Virus record (IMG/VR): IMGVR_UViG_3300012952_000020
Span: 13,537 to 77,536 of that record
Source of the DNA: a virus
Strand: one strand, 5' to 3'
DNA length: 64,000 nucleotides
The notes under the pieces: model-generated
What the model saw: the letters and a program-made list of their open reading frames with translations, nothing else
What the model was told of the DNA's origin: nothing
Databases searched by the model: none
Shown here: piece by piece, positions 8,478 to 17,707 of the stretch
How positions within the stretch are numbered: position 1 is the first letter of the stretch
Layout: every line of letters starts with the position of its first letter
Program-made: the position numbers and the translations under genes

Positions 8478-9658
8478 TTGCCAACCCTACCTGCGATGCG
8501 CGACTTATCCTGATCGGGGAGTTCCCCGTCCTTCCCTATCTTCCAATCCTTGACCGGAAGACCGCCACGACCATCCATCATATTTACCAACTTTGCCTTG
8601 TTTGTCAAGAACCGCTTTTCCACATCCTTGATGATGTACTGGGCGATTGCTTCTGCTACCCGACCTTGGTTGCTTCCGAACAACAGGTCACATCGAGACA
8701 GCCTCTTTGACCTCATTGGATCGACCGATGGCTTCTCAGCCCACTCCAATGCTGCGTCCACAACTATTCTGGCTTCCTCTGTTGCCGTGAACTGTAGGAA
8801 CACGTCCCTCCAACGGTACGAGTCATCCTCGGTATCGAACGCCGTGGTCGTGGGCAAACCCTTCAACCCTGCGCCGTGTCGGTCCTTCCACCACTCCCAA
8901 CTGTTGTACGCGATGACAGGTCTTCCCGTGGCGAGGAACATGAACAGGGCAGACCCGGTATCTCCTATGAGGACTGCCGCCTCATCGAAGTGATCCGTAA
9001 CATCGTCCTCTCCGCTGGTACATTCCACGTTGTCGTACTTGTTGACCACATCGAAAGTCTCCGTGAGAGATCCTTTGTCCGTGTGCGGGTGCATAGCCAC
9101 AACAATCTTGTAGCCCCGAGAACGATAGTAGCCTGCGTGGTTCTCGATGAACTCCCTCACCCATCGAAGGTGGGAACAGAACCGCTGATTCCACGTCGGA
9201 GCCAACAGGATTGTCTTGCCAGTAGCCTTGCCTTGGCGAACCGAATCCATCTGGACGTACCCGAGCGGCACCTGTCTGGACGTGTCAATGCCACGAGCCT
9301 CTGCCTGTTGGACTGCGTACCAAGATGCCACAAACTCACTGACCACCTGCTTTGGTTTGACGTGGTACGTGTGGTTCTTGTTTGAGCCGACTCCGTGGTG
9401 GATGTGGTAGACTGGGAGGTTCGCTTCCTCGACCTCCCTACGAGCGGCGAAGGTCCAGTTTGCCGTGATAGCTACATCGCCTTCTCGGAAGTCCGGCACA
9501 TCGTTACGCATCGCCTCGTAGTCCATCCAGTACGGTCGAATGTCCAAGTCAGGCTTCAACGCCAACAGTGCGTCTGCCACCTTCTGACACAGCACCAGCG
9601 TAGACTTCCTGTAATACAGCATCCAGATGACTGGACCTCTTTCCTCTTTAGTTGCCAT
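8474..9658 (-). CDS. CDP-glycerol:glycerophosphotransferase (TagF/TagB-like) family protein
   Basis: IHHG, LGYVQMD, ILLAPTWN, AMHPH, VLIGDTGSALFMFLATGRPVI motifs. Confidence 0.8.
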   Translation of the reverse strand: MATKEERGPVIWMLYYRKSTLVLCQKVADALLALKPDLDIRPYWMDYEAMRNDVPDFREGDVAITANWTFAARREVEEANLPVYHIHHGVGSNKNHTYHVKPKQVVSEFVASWYAVQQAEARGIDTSRQVPLGYVQMDSVRQGKATGKTILLAPTWNQRFCSHLRWVREFIENHAGYYRSRGYKIVVAMHPHTDKGSLTETFDVVNKYDNVECTSGEDDVTDHFDEAAVLIGDTGSALFMFLATGRPVIAYNSWEWWKDRHGAGLKGLPTTTAFDTEDDSYRWRDVFLQFTATEEARIVVDAALEWAEKPSVDPMRSKRLSRCDLLFGSNQGRVAEAIAQYIIKDVEKRFLTNKAKLVNMMDGRGGLPVKDWKIGKDGELPDQDKSRIAGRVGK

Positions 9659-10643
9659 TTGACTTCTCCTCAAAGCAATCCATTAGTTTCGACAGTACGC
9701 AGTCCATGTCGTACTGCTTTACTTTGTGCCAGCTATGTGGAGCGGTCAGGGCGTGCCTTACCTTCTCCCGAATGTCCGAGATCGAGAACGGGTCATACAT
9801 CCCGTCCTCCAGATACTCGGTGTAGGGTGCCATGCGTGGTGCCACGGGGCTTGCTCCAGATGCGATGCCCTCAATGACTGACAGGTTGAGCGTGTCCCAA
9901 CCTCCCGCAGTCACAACTACCTTTGAGCGAGCCAACAGATCCTCGTAGGTGCTGCCTCGGCACTCCATCAACACTGCGTATCCTAACCGCTGTAGGTACA
10001 CAGCCATCTTGACCTTCTGTGACTTGCCTCCCTCGGGACTATCCGCACTCTCACCTGTGGCGAATACTACTCGGTCGGAGAACGGCTCCAACGCCTTTGC
10101 CAGCAACGGCAACTGCTTCTCATGGGCGAACCTGCCTGTGACCGCAATCAACGTCTTCGGGGCTGTGGCTACGTCGAACCTACTAAAGTCCATCGGGAAC
10201 CCAATGATCTTTGCCTTGTCTGCTGCCTTGTCTCCGTAGTGCTTACGGATAGCCTGCTGGTGCGCCACGCTGTTGATCGTGACGAACTCCAAATCTCGAT
10301 ACAGTTGTGACTGGTCGGGGGTGCGAGCGCCCATCATCACGTCACAGAACTGACCTGTCTCTACGCCTCCGTGCGAGTGCGTAGCCACCTTCTCTCCCAT
10401 GCCCAGTAGCATGGGGATAGACCAATCGTCCGAACGGATGACGTACCACAGGTCAGCCTGCGGTGACGATTTCAGACTGTCTTGAACTGACTCCTTGGGA
10501 AGACCGAACACCTCAACCTGTGTGACTGTGTATCCTCGGTCCTCAAGTCCCGAGCAAACGGCCTTGGCGAAACCGCCAGACCAGTTTCCGGGTTGGGTCT
10601 GCGTGACGACGTTGATCCTATATCGCCCTTTCCTTGTTGCCAT
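9648..10643 (-). CDS. GT-B (GT4-like) glycosyltransferase
   Basis: GRFAHEKQ; DTLNLSVIEGIASGASPVAP..PYTE. Confidence 0.8.
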   Translation of the reverse strand: MATRKGRYRINVVTQTQPGNWSGGFAKAVCSGLEDRGYTVTQVEVFGLPKESVQDSLKSSPQADLWYVIRSDDWSIPMLLGMGEKVATHSHGGVETGQFCDVMMGARTPDQSQLYRDLEFVTINSVAHQQAIRKHYGDKAADKAKIIGFPMDFSRFDVATAPKTLIAVTGRFAHEKQLPLLAKALEPFSDRVVFATGESADSPEGGKSQKVKMAVYLQRLGYAVLMECRGSTYEDLLARSKVVVTAGGWDTLNLSVIEGIASGASPVAPRMAPYTEYLEDGMYDPFSISDIREKVRHALTAPHSWHKVKQYDMDCVLSKLMDCFEEKSNGN

Positions 10644-10668
10644 GTCTTGCTCCTATGTCTGGTGTTTG

Positions 10669-11439
10669 TCACTTGTTTAGCTCCGCGAATAGTGCCTCAA
10701 CCATTTTCACGTCTTCCGGGGTGTCGAACTCGATTACCGTTTTCTCCCCTATCTCTAACGCCTTGAAGGACATGTCGGACTCGTCAATCAGCTTGTCGAA
10801 CAGATCCTCGTAATACAGTTTGGAAGCGTAGGGACCGTACGCCAAGTGGAACGCTACTGCTGCTGGTGGAGACAGAAAGTAGATGCCTACTGTTTCGCCT
10901 CGACACTCAGCGGGTTCCAATCCCTTGCCGATACGCAGGATCTTACCGTCCTGCTTGCCGCCCTCCACGCAGATTGCTTTGACTTCTTCCTCTGCGACTG
11001 TGCTTGGGTCCAGCAACGCTGTGGATACGCCGTGCTCTGCCATGTCCCTAATCACTTCGCTGAACATTGGGTGGGCAATCACGAGGTCTGCGTTGGTGAC
11101 ATAGACTCCCTCAAAGCCGAGCATCGTCCTACCGCCAGAGTTTGGTACGAGATCGTTCATCCCGAGATCCAAAGACGCTGCGGTCTGCGTGGTTGCGTAC
11201 TCCGGGTTCACCACGAAATCCCAAGTGACGTTTGCCCAAGTCATCATCACTTCGTTCGCAGCATCCATCACCTTGTCACGCTTGTACCCGACTACAAATC
11301 GGACGTGATCAACGTGTGGGAGAAACGGCTCCAAAAGTCTGTCCAGCACAACACCGTAGTCATCGAACCGCATCAAGCACTTCGATGCCCCTCCGAGTCG
11401 TTTGGCTCTACCAGCCGCCAGCACAATAAGACCTTTCAT
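10669..11439 (-). CDS. NTP-transferase, LicC-like (phospho-alcohol cytidylyltransferase family)
   Basis: IVLAAGRAKRLG..KCL; NPEYATT...SL; NADL; EEEVK; EFDTPED. Confidence 0.82.
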   Translation of the reverse strand: MKGLIVLAAGRAKRLGGASKCLMRFDDYGVVLDRLLEPFLPHVDHVRFVVGYKRDKVMDAANEVMMTWANVTWDFVVNPEYATTQTAASLDLGMNDLVPNSGGRTMLGFEGVYVTNADLVIAHPMFSEVIRDMAEHGVSTALLDPSTVAEEEVKAICVEGGKQDGKILRIGKGLEPAECRGETVGIYFLSPPAAVAFHLAYGPYASKLYYEDLFDKLIDESDMSFKALEIGEKTVIEFDTPEDVKMVEALFAELNK

Positions 11440-11478
11440 ACCATCTCCTATATCAACTTGTCCTTGTTTGTCAAGAAC

Positions 11479-12024
11479 CTACAGCCTCTCCACCATGAAT
11501 GATTCGACGGGTCGGTCTGCGAAGTCCATCCTACGCAGGAACTCTGCCTGCGAGTTGTGAGACAAGATTGCTCTACGCTTTGTCCTCCAGTCATCCTCGG
11601 TTGGTAGAAACGACACGTTACTCTGAACTCCTATACCGAAAGTGGCGAACACTCCGTCCCACTTCTTGTCCTTTAGGTACTGCTTCACTGCTTTGTGGAC
11701 TTCCACATGCTCTGGGTGCAGATTCAACTCTCCGATATGACTGTGGGTCAGTACCATGTCCCACTCCTCGATACGCTGCTTCTGCAACTGCTCCTTCAAG
11801 TCTACAAAATCATCCCAACCATCCAGCATGACTGGTCGAGCGTTGTAGTGCTTGCACGCAGCCTCGAACTCGGCTTCCCTCTCGGGACTACCGTACTCTC
11901 CCTCACGCTCCGGGGAGCAACAGATGAACGTCAACTCTACGCCGAGCCGTTTCAACATAGACAGGGTGGTCCCAGCCCAAAGGCACTCGTCATCCGGGTG
12001 CGCTGTGATCTGTACCAACCTCAT
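11479..12024 (-). CDS. PIG-L/LmbE family deacetylase
   Basis: AHPDDE; R..EF; THS..GE..HPEH; HNSQ. Confidence 0.85.
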   Translation of the reverse strand: MRLVQITAHPDDECLWAGTTLSMLKRLGVELTFICCSPEREGEYGSPEREAEFEAACKHYNARPVMLDGWDDFVDLKEQLQKQRIEEWDMVLTHSHIGELNLHPEHVEVHKAVKQYLKDKKWDGVFATFGIGVQSNVSFLPTEDDWRTKRRAILSHNSQAEFLRRMDFADRPVESFMVERL

Positions 12025-12329
12025 TTCGCCGCCTTGTTGATAGCCTTAGACAAAGCCCGAAGATCCGATGCGGCTTCCTTGTTCATCGTTGTCGCCAGAA
12101 CCACGCCCGACGATGTGACCAGTTGGTGCTCTGCCTTGCCTGTCTTCTTGACCGTCTTCCGTTCCTTTGCAGTCGCCTTTCCCACAGATCGGACTACAGT
12201 TTCAGCCGCCTGCTCTCGATGCCCTGCAAGCACCGCTGGGCTGCCTTCGTTGGGAACATGGGTCAGTCCCTTGTCCTTCGTTACTGTCAGCACCTTCTGG
12301 TACTTGGTCTTGTTATACAAAGCGGCCAT
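12021..12329 (-). CDS. hypothetical basic protein
   Basis: 102 aa, AGGAGG RBS. Confidence 0.65.
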   Translation of the reverse strand: MAALYNKTKYQKVLTVTKDKGLTHVPNEGSPAVLAGHREQAAETVVRSVGKATAKERKTVKKTGKAEHQLVTSSGVVLATTMNKEAASDLRALSKAINKAAK

Positions 12330-13302
12330 TGTCGCCTCCTAAATCTGTCAAACCTTCCAAGTCAGCCTTGACCACATCGAATCCGGTGTGTGCCTTCTCC
12401 CAAGGACCGTGAACGTGGATCGGTTTGCACTCCATGATGAACTTGAAGGCACTATCTACTGTGTCGAACCTGTGGCTATACAAGTCACGGTACGACAGTC
12501 GGTTCGGCACGATGGGCATGGCTCCCAAGTAGCCTGCCTCCATAGCTGCGATACCGAATGTCTCCGATGGGGGCCAACAGACTACAAACTCTGCCCTGCC
12601 GAGAGCCTTGTAGTATTCGGACTTTGACGAGCAACGCTCCCAAGTCCTGTAAACGTGCTGACCTGATTCTTCCAGCTTGGCAATCAGCCTTTCACCCTCG
12701 GGGCTTACCTTGTCTGGTCCCGGTCGGTGAGGCCAAAGCACTCGAATCGACTTCTGGTCGCTCCGGTAGTATTCCAAGTCGTGCAGTGCAGCAGGAAACG
12801 GAACGACTCGAACCTTGAAGTCCGGTACGCCACGGTGCGTCATAAGCTGACGTTTGTGGTGCTCCGAGAAGACCAAGATCCTGTCGAGGCGACGAAGCCA
12901 GCCCCTCTCTACGTCTGCTGCCCAGTCGTTCATACCTGACCGATGCAACAGGTCGTGCCTTGAGTACGAGCCACAGTGCATGAAGCCTGCAACCTTCACA
13001 TCAAGACCTCGTGCGTCGAGCATATAGAAGACCTGCTCTAACGGGAACCACAGGTCGTGGAAGAACAAGCAGTCGTTCTCCTTGATTGCTCCCGCCTCGA
13101 TCAACTCCGCGATCTTGATGACCTGCGAAGCCTTGTACTTGTGGGTGTTGAACACATCCAGAAAGTCTCCGGTGCCGATCTCTCCCGAAACCGAGTCACC
13201 GTAAATCCAGCGTGTCTGCTCTCCCCAAGTTGCAGCGAACCACCTGTTCCAATCTGCCGAGTATCTACCTTCCAGTGGTTCTATCGGAACCGTCCATATC
13301 AT
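12313..13302 (-). CDS. GT-B glycosyltransferase of the type seen in phage 7-deazaguanine clusters
   Basis: IEPLEGRYS.DW, DFLD...KASQ, FHDLWFP, HCGSY, WPHR..PDK, ETFGIAAMEA...PNRLSY. Confidence 0.82.
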   Translation of the reverse strand: MIWTVPIEPLEGRYSADWNRWFAATWGEQTRWIYGDSVSGEIGTGDFLDVFNTHKYKASQVIKIAELIEAGAIKENDCLFFHDLWFPLEQVFYMLDARGLDVKVAGFMHCGSYSRHDLLHRSGMNDWAADVERGWLRRLDRILVFSEHHKRQLMTHRGVPDFKVRVVPFPAALHDLEYYRSDQKSIRVLWPHRPGPDKVSPEGERLIAKLEESGQHVYRTWERCSSKSEYYKALGRAEFVVCWPPSETFGIAAMEAGYLGAMPIVPNRLSYRDLYSHRFDTVDSAFKFIMECKPIHVHGPWEKAHTGFDVVKADLEGLTDLGGDNGRFV

Positions 13303-13317
13303 CGCACCCTCCTTTGG

Positions 13318-13992
13318 TCACTGCGGCTTGACCGCAAACCAAGAGACAGTGCCTACGTGGTCTTCGTGGTGACCGCTGGGTTGGTCCGTGAAGAACAGTT
13401 CCCAACCAAACTTATCTGCGTACAGGTCAACTGCTTCCTTGACCCTGTTCCATGCTCCCCGGTAGTTCCAGCGAATGTCACTGTAGTCGTGACCTCCGAT
13501 GATGCCTCCCGGCTGAACCTTTCTGTACCAACTGTGAATGTCCTGACGCACCGCCTCATAGGTGTGGTTCCCATCCAAGTAGACGAACGACAACGAATCA
13601 TCGTCCACCCACAGCGAAGCCTGCTCCGAGGTCATACGCTTCATCAACACTTTGCCTGATAGGTACTGCTCTACATTCTTCCGAGTAGCCTCCATGTTGG
13701 CACGGTGCTCTACGGTACTGCGGTTTCGACCAGCACGTTCACTGCGGTCTGTCGATGGACTCCAAGGTTGCTCCACGTACCTCGGTGGAAACTTCCACCA
13801 CTCGCCATCGGCGGGTACTGGGTCAAAGTGTGTCCAAGGATCTACCAACCATAGTTCCTCTCCGTCCCACCGTTCTGCCAGTACCTTGCTGTACTCGCCA
13901 CGATAAACGCCTACCTCGACTCCCTTGCCAACAAGCCCCAGCGAGTTCAACAAGTGCGGTAGGTCATCCCTGCTATCCAATCGGTGACTCAT
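13318..13992 (-). CDS. class I SAM-dependent methyltransferase (Methyltransf_24-like)
   Basis: VEVGVYRG, LVDPW, FVYLDGNHTYEAV..DI..W...V.PGGIIGGHDY; start reassigned to 13992. Confidence 0.87.
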   Translation of the reverse strand: MSHRLDSRDDLPHLLNSLGLVGKGVEVGVYRGEYSKVLAERWDGEELWLVDPWTHFDPVPADGEWWKFPPRYVEQPWSPSTDRSERAGRNRSTVEHRANMEATRKNVEQYLSGKVLMKRMTSEQASLWVDDDSLSFVYLDGNHTYEAVRQDIHSWYRKVQPGGIIGGHDYSDIRWNYRGAWNRVKEAVDLYADKFGWELFFTDQPSGHHEDHVGTVSWFAVKPQ

Positions 13993-14360
13993 TTCGATGG
14001 CCTCGCACAGAGCACAGCCCCGTTCTCTCCATCCTCCGTCACCTTGACTACATAGGCTCGGTCCTCTCCCCACTGACTTGAACAATAGTCCAAGATCCAC
14101 TGCGCCATCATTTCACACGACTTGCCGAGGGGCCAAGTGGGGTACGACTCTCCGATGAACGCATCCAGCTTGTCGAGTGCGTACAGGTACTCTACATCCC
14201 GGTCGTCGTGAAACTGCTGGATTCGTACAGTGACGTGGAAGACGTGCCTGTGCATATTCCGAAGGTGCTCATGGGGATGACCTTCTGGTGCTCCTGCCCA
14301 CTGGTGCATCCCTTTGAACCGCGTAGTGATCTCCGCGTAGCTTTCCGTTTTCATTCCCAT
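13989..14360 (-). CDS. QueD-like T-fold protein, DpdL-type (putative CDG decarboxylase)
   Basis: HQW..AP, LRNMHRHVF (LxxxHRHxF), HDDRDVE, SCE, EDGENGA. Confidence 0.75.
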   Translation of the reverse strand: MGMKTESYAEITTRFKGMHQWAGAPEGHPHEHLRNMHRHVFHVTVRIQQFHDDRDVEYLYALDKLDAFIGESYPTWPLGKSCEMMAQWILDYCSSQWGEDRAYVVKVTEDGENGAVLCARPSK

Positions 14361-14361
14361 A

Positions 14362-14565
14362 TCAATCGCCTCGCTTACAGGCTTCAAGCTCCTGCACTAA
14401 TGCTGACATGTCCTCTACCGTTGCGAACGGGACTCGCTCGTCTGGACACTCGCAAACATGCTCCGGGGCGTTAGCCACGAACGAATGGAGAAGCCAGTAC
14501 CCACTTACTGCCAAGATGACTGCCCCCAGCGTGAAGTGGATCTCAATGTCCCGTTTTGTACGCAC
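14362..14565 (-). CDS. small membrane protein
   Basis: One TM helix; AGGAG RBS. Confidence 0.5.
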   Translation of the reverse strand: MRTKRDIEIHFTLGAVILAVSGYWLLHSFVANAPEHVCECPDERVPFATVEDMSALVQELEACKRGD

Positions 14566-14567
14566 AC

Positions 14568-15470
14568 CTACTCCTTCACCGGGAGCGAGTCTGACACGTA
14601 CTGTTCAATCTCAAACTTTGGACGCCACCTGTAGACAATCGTGGCTGGTCTGGACGCTGGGTAGCACCACTCCTTCGGTACGCCTCCTGTCCTCTTTGTG
14701 ACGTTGGCTGCGTATCCGAGTGACCGAACCAAATCTACAAGTTCGTCCGGCGAGTAGTGCTTGCCCTTACAGGCATTGATCACTGGCTTCGGCAACGACT
14801 TGGGTAGCTTCTCCGCAACGTCAGCTACGAGTGAAGCCACATCCTCAACCGACACCATGTCGAACCGATCCAGTCCGTTCCTCTCAAACACTACTGGCGT
14901 GGAGTCGAGCGCAGCACTGATGACTGATTCAACGATTCCATATCGTGAGTCGATACGCTGCCCTTTGCCGTATACCACCTTGGGCAACCTGATCGATGCC
15001 CACGGTTGCTCCCCTTGGGACAGCATCTTTTCACAGATCAGCTTGCTCCGTGACGGCCAATCTACTGCGTTGTCTCCGTTCACCTCATTGTGGGGGTCCA
15101 GCGAAGATGACGGTCCAGTGATGCTCGCCTCGGACAGCATAATCAAACTCGCTGCGGGGAGGTGGCACATCATCGCCGTGGTTATCGCCGTATCTACCGA
15201 CACAATATCCATAGGTGGATCGTCCGTGAGCGACACGCCAGCACAGTTGATAGCCACTGCATAGGACGCTTGCACCTTCCAAGTCTCCGGCTTCGTTGCA
15301 TCTACCAGCTTTACGGAAAGACGGTCATGTCCTTCCAGCCTGCCTTCCTGTCCTGTGCGTAGGTCATCCCACACCTCAACCCAATAGCCTCGCTCCAGTA
15401 GCTTACGCACTACAGCGGTGCCGATGAATCCCAGCCCTCCGATGACCAAAATAGGACGGGTACTACCCAT
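14568..15470 (-). CDS. NAD-dependent epimerase/dehydratase-like extended SDR (atypical active site)
   Basis: ILVIGGLGFIG, DDLRTG, VVYG, RFDMVSVEDVA; YxxxK reads PSRSK. Confidence 0.78.
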   Translation of the reverse strand: MGSTRPILVIGGLGFIGTAVVRKLLERGYWVEVWDDLRTGQEGRLEGHDRLSVKLVDATKPETWKVQASYAVAINCAGVSLTDDPPMDIVSVDTAITTAMMCHLPAASLIMLSEASITGPSSSLDPHNEVNGDNAVDWPSRSKLICEKMLSQGEQPWASIRLPKVVYGKGQRIDSRYGIVESVISAALDSTPVVFERNGLDRFDMVSVEDVASLVADVAEKLPKSLPKPVINACKGKHYSPDELVDLVRSLGYAANVTKRTGGVPKEWCYPASRPATIVYRWRPKFEIEQYVSDSLPVKE

Positions 15471-16023
15471 TCTTGCCTGCCTCGATAAGACGAAGGAACT
15501 CAGTCTTGTCGATTGACTCCGACGTTGGACGAATAGCGTGGGTACTGGTGTGCGTACCGTGAACTTGCACCCCTCGCATAGACATGCACATGTGCTCCGC
15601 TGACAGGAAGACGGCCACACCCTTCGGGCGCAGCCTTTCCGTGATGTAGTCAGCGATCTGAACTGTCAGTCGTTCCTGCACTTGTGGGCGTGCCGCAAAG
15701 TGCTTGACCACCCGTGCAAACTTGGACAGCCCCACTACCCACTTGTCGGGGATGTACCCGATGTGTGCTACTCCGTGGAACGGAACAAGGTGGTGCTCGC
15801 ACAAAGAGTAGAACGGGATGTGGGAAACCACGACCATTTGGTCACAGTCAACCCCATCCTGATCCTTCGGGAACACCGTCATCTTTGGTGGGTCATCGTC
15901 CAGTCGGATCAACTCGTCGTACATTTCAACTACACGGCGAGGTGTGTCCTTTAGTCCGATACGGTCGGGGTTCTCCCCCATACCCGCCAACAGGTTCCTG
16001 ATTACATCCTCATCAATCGGCAT
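15463..16023 (-). CDS. folE: GTP cyclohydrolase I
   Basis: GL.DTP.R, SLCEHHLVPFHG, GLSKFAR, QVQERLT, HMCMSMRGV. Confidence 0.97.
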   Translation of the reverse strand: MPIDEDVIRNLLAGMGENPDRIGLKDTPRRVVEMYDELIRLDDDPPKMTVFPKDQDGVDCDQMVVVSHIPFYSLCEHHLVPFHGVAHIGYIPDKWVVGLSKFARVVKHFAARPQVQERLTVQIADYITERLRPKGVAVFLSAEHMCMSMRGVQVHGTHTSTHAIRPTSESIDKTEFLRLIEAGKNG

Positions 16024-16027
16024 GTCC

Positions 16028-16489
16028 TTACCCCTGTTGTCCGGGCTTGAACGCTCCCGCCGCGTTCTTGACGAACGCAGAGTCCAACATCAAACCTGTG
16101 TTGCGAAGGATCTCCCCGATGGTTCGCACCGAACTGATCTGGTCAGCCACATCCATAGCCATACGCATGACCTCATGCGGAGTAGCCAAGTGGTGCAACT
16201 TCATGTCCTTCAAGTTGGTCACTGGGACGACCGTTCCGTTGTGCATCTGCACAAGGAGGACTGCGGTGTATGCTTCCGAATCCTCTGGAACGTCTGCCCC
16301 TGTTTCGATTGCGTCTGGACGGTTCCGGTTGGGGTCACTGTCACCCTCCGGTTTAGGAAGGGACTCTGTGTCCACACCACCGGCACCCTCAAACCCCTCC
16401 GGGTTCGCTGGTTCCGCCTTCTGCTCTTTGCCCTCGGCCTTTGCTTGCGACTTTGATACCGGCTGATCGCCTTCTCGATAGTTACCCAT
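16028..16489 (-). CDS. hypothetical protein
   Basis: Start MGNYREG at 16489; acidic low-complexity N-terminus. Confidence 0.65.
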   Translation of the reverse strand: MGNYREGDQPVSKSQAKAEGKEQKAEPANPEGFEGAGGVDTESLPKPEGDSDPNRNRPDAIETGADVPEDSEAYTAVLLVQMHNGTVVPVTNLKDMKLHHLATPHEVMRMAMDVADQISSVRTIGEILRNTGLMLDSAFVKNAAGAFKPGQQG

Positions 16490-16808
16490 GTTCCATAGCT
16501 CCTGTAGTTTCGGTTGGAATAAATCGGTACAGCATCCCGTCTTGTGGCTCACAAGAAACCTCGGTCAACTGAACCCTGCGTTGTTGTTTTGTGGAATACA
16601 AAAAGTCAGTGAGGACCGTCCACATAGCCCACACCATTTCCTCTGCCGTGTACCGCTTTTCAACCATAGACGGCCAATACTTTTGGGCAATCTCTCCAAG
16701 GTCTACGTCGAGGATACGCTGCTCGTCTGACAGTTCCTCGCACGACAAAACGACATGGAAAGTTGCCCTTGGTTTGTCAAGATGTATCGCCTGCTCCAGA
16801 ACGTGCAT
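16482..16808 (-). CDS. hypothetical protein, possible degenerate QueD/T-fold paralogue
   Basis: Coupled to queE (TAATG); YTAEEMV..MW..L...V.L..V resembles the QueD C-terminal TAE motif; no metal-binding His. Confidence 0.5.
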   Translation of the reverse strand: MHVLEQAIHLDKPRATFHVVLSCEELSDEQRILDVDLGEIAQKYWPSMVEKRYTAEEMVWAMWTVLTDFLYSTKQQRRVQLTEVSCEPQDGMLYRFIPTETTGAMEHG

Positions 16809-17500
16809 TACGGTACTCCCATAATCTTGTGCGTCTGGAGACTGATTCTCCACGATGGGTTGTCCCTGATGAACGCAAGACACGCCCGCAGATGCAACTG
16901 CTGACGTGTGGGATGCTGACAGTCTGTAGGCTGCACGAATCGCTCCGTGGCGTAGGTTTCCCAATCCAGTGGGTTGGCTGTTCCGGGTGTGGCATCGTAC
17001 ACAACCTTCACCTCATGGTACGGCTGGTCAACCACTGGCATGGGAGGCTTCGGTGACAAGACCACCCAATCCAAGCCCTCGGGGAGAGCCTTTGATCCGT
17101 TTGTCTCGACGTGGATCTGACAGCCGACCTTCTTCATCGCCTTCACCAGATTGTCGTCCAGTTGAAGGGACGGTTCGCCGCCCGTACACACCACAAGGGG
17201 AGGACCGTGGAGCCGCTGCTCCGCATCTCCGTTCTTCACCCAAAGACCCATAATCACATCGGTCAACTCCTCGGCTGTGTACTTGCCTCCGAGTGTTCCG
17301 TCAGTGCCTACAAAGTCCGTGTCACACCAACGAGCGCAAACACCCTTCTCCGCTGCCTTCTGTCTGTCCTCATGCTTACCGCTCCAAATGTTGCAGCCAG
17401 CAAACCGGACAAAGATTGCCACGGAGCCTGTGTGATGCCCTTCGCCTTGCAGTGTGAGGAAGACCTCCTTTACCGCGTACTTTTTCTCCCGTTTTGCCAT
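16808..17500 (-). CDS. queE: 7-carboxy-7-deazaguanine synthase (radical SAM)
   Basis: EVFLTLQGEG, FVRFAGCN...C...CDTDF, TGGEP, VETNG, SPKP, WRISLQTHK. Confidence 0.95.
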   Translation of the reverse strand: MAKREKKYAVKEVFLTLQGEGHHTGSVAIFVRFAGCNIWSGKHEDRQKAAEKGVCARWCDTDFVGTDGTLGGKYTAEELTDVIMGLWVKNGDAEQRLHGPPLVVCTGGEPSLQLDDNLVKAMKKVGCQIHVETNGSKALPEGLDWVVLSPKPPMPVVDQPYHEVKVVYDATPGTANPLDWETYATERFVQPTDCQHPTRQQLHLRACLAFIRDNPSWRISLQTHKIMGVP

Positions 17501-17707
17501 GTCTTATCCTGTGTCAACTGTAGTCTCGCAAGTACACGATGACCGACGCTCCTACCAATAATCCTAAAATGAAACTCATTTCTCGCACCGTTTACAGATT
17601 CGGGTCTTCACCCAAACGCCTACCACCGTGGATGATCCTGCCAGCCAAGGCCAGATCATGTGCTCCCCACAGCCACCTCCGAACAAATGAAATACGTGCT
17701 CCATACC

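Noticed and set aside
17514-17704. Two tiny coupled ORFs (42 aa and 21 aa) between queD and queE
   Set aside because: Plausible but too short to support without homology or expression data
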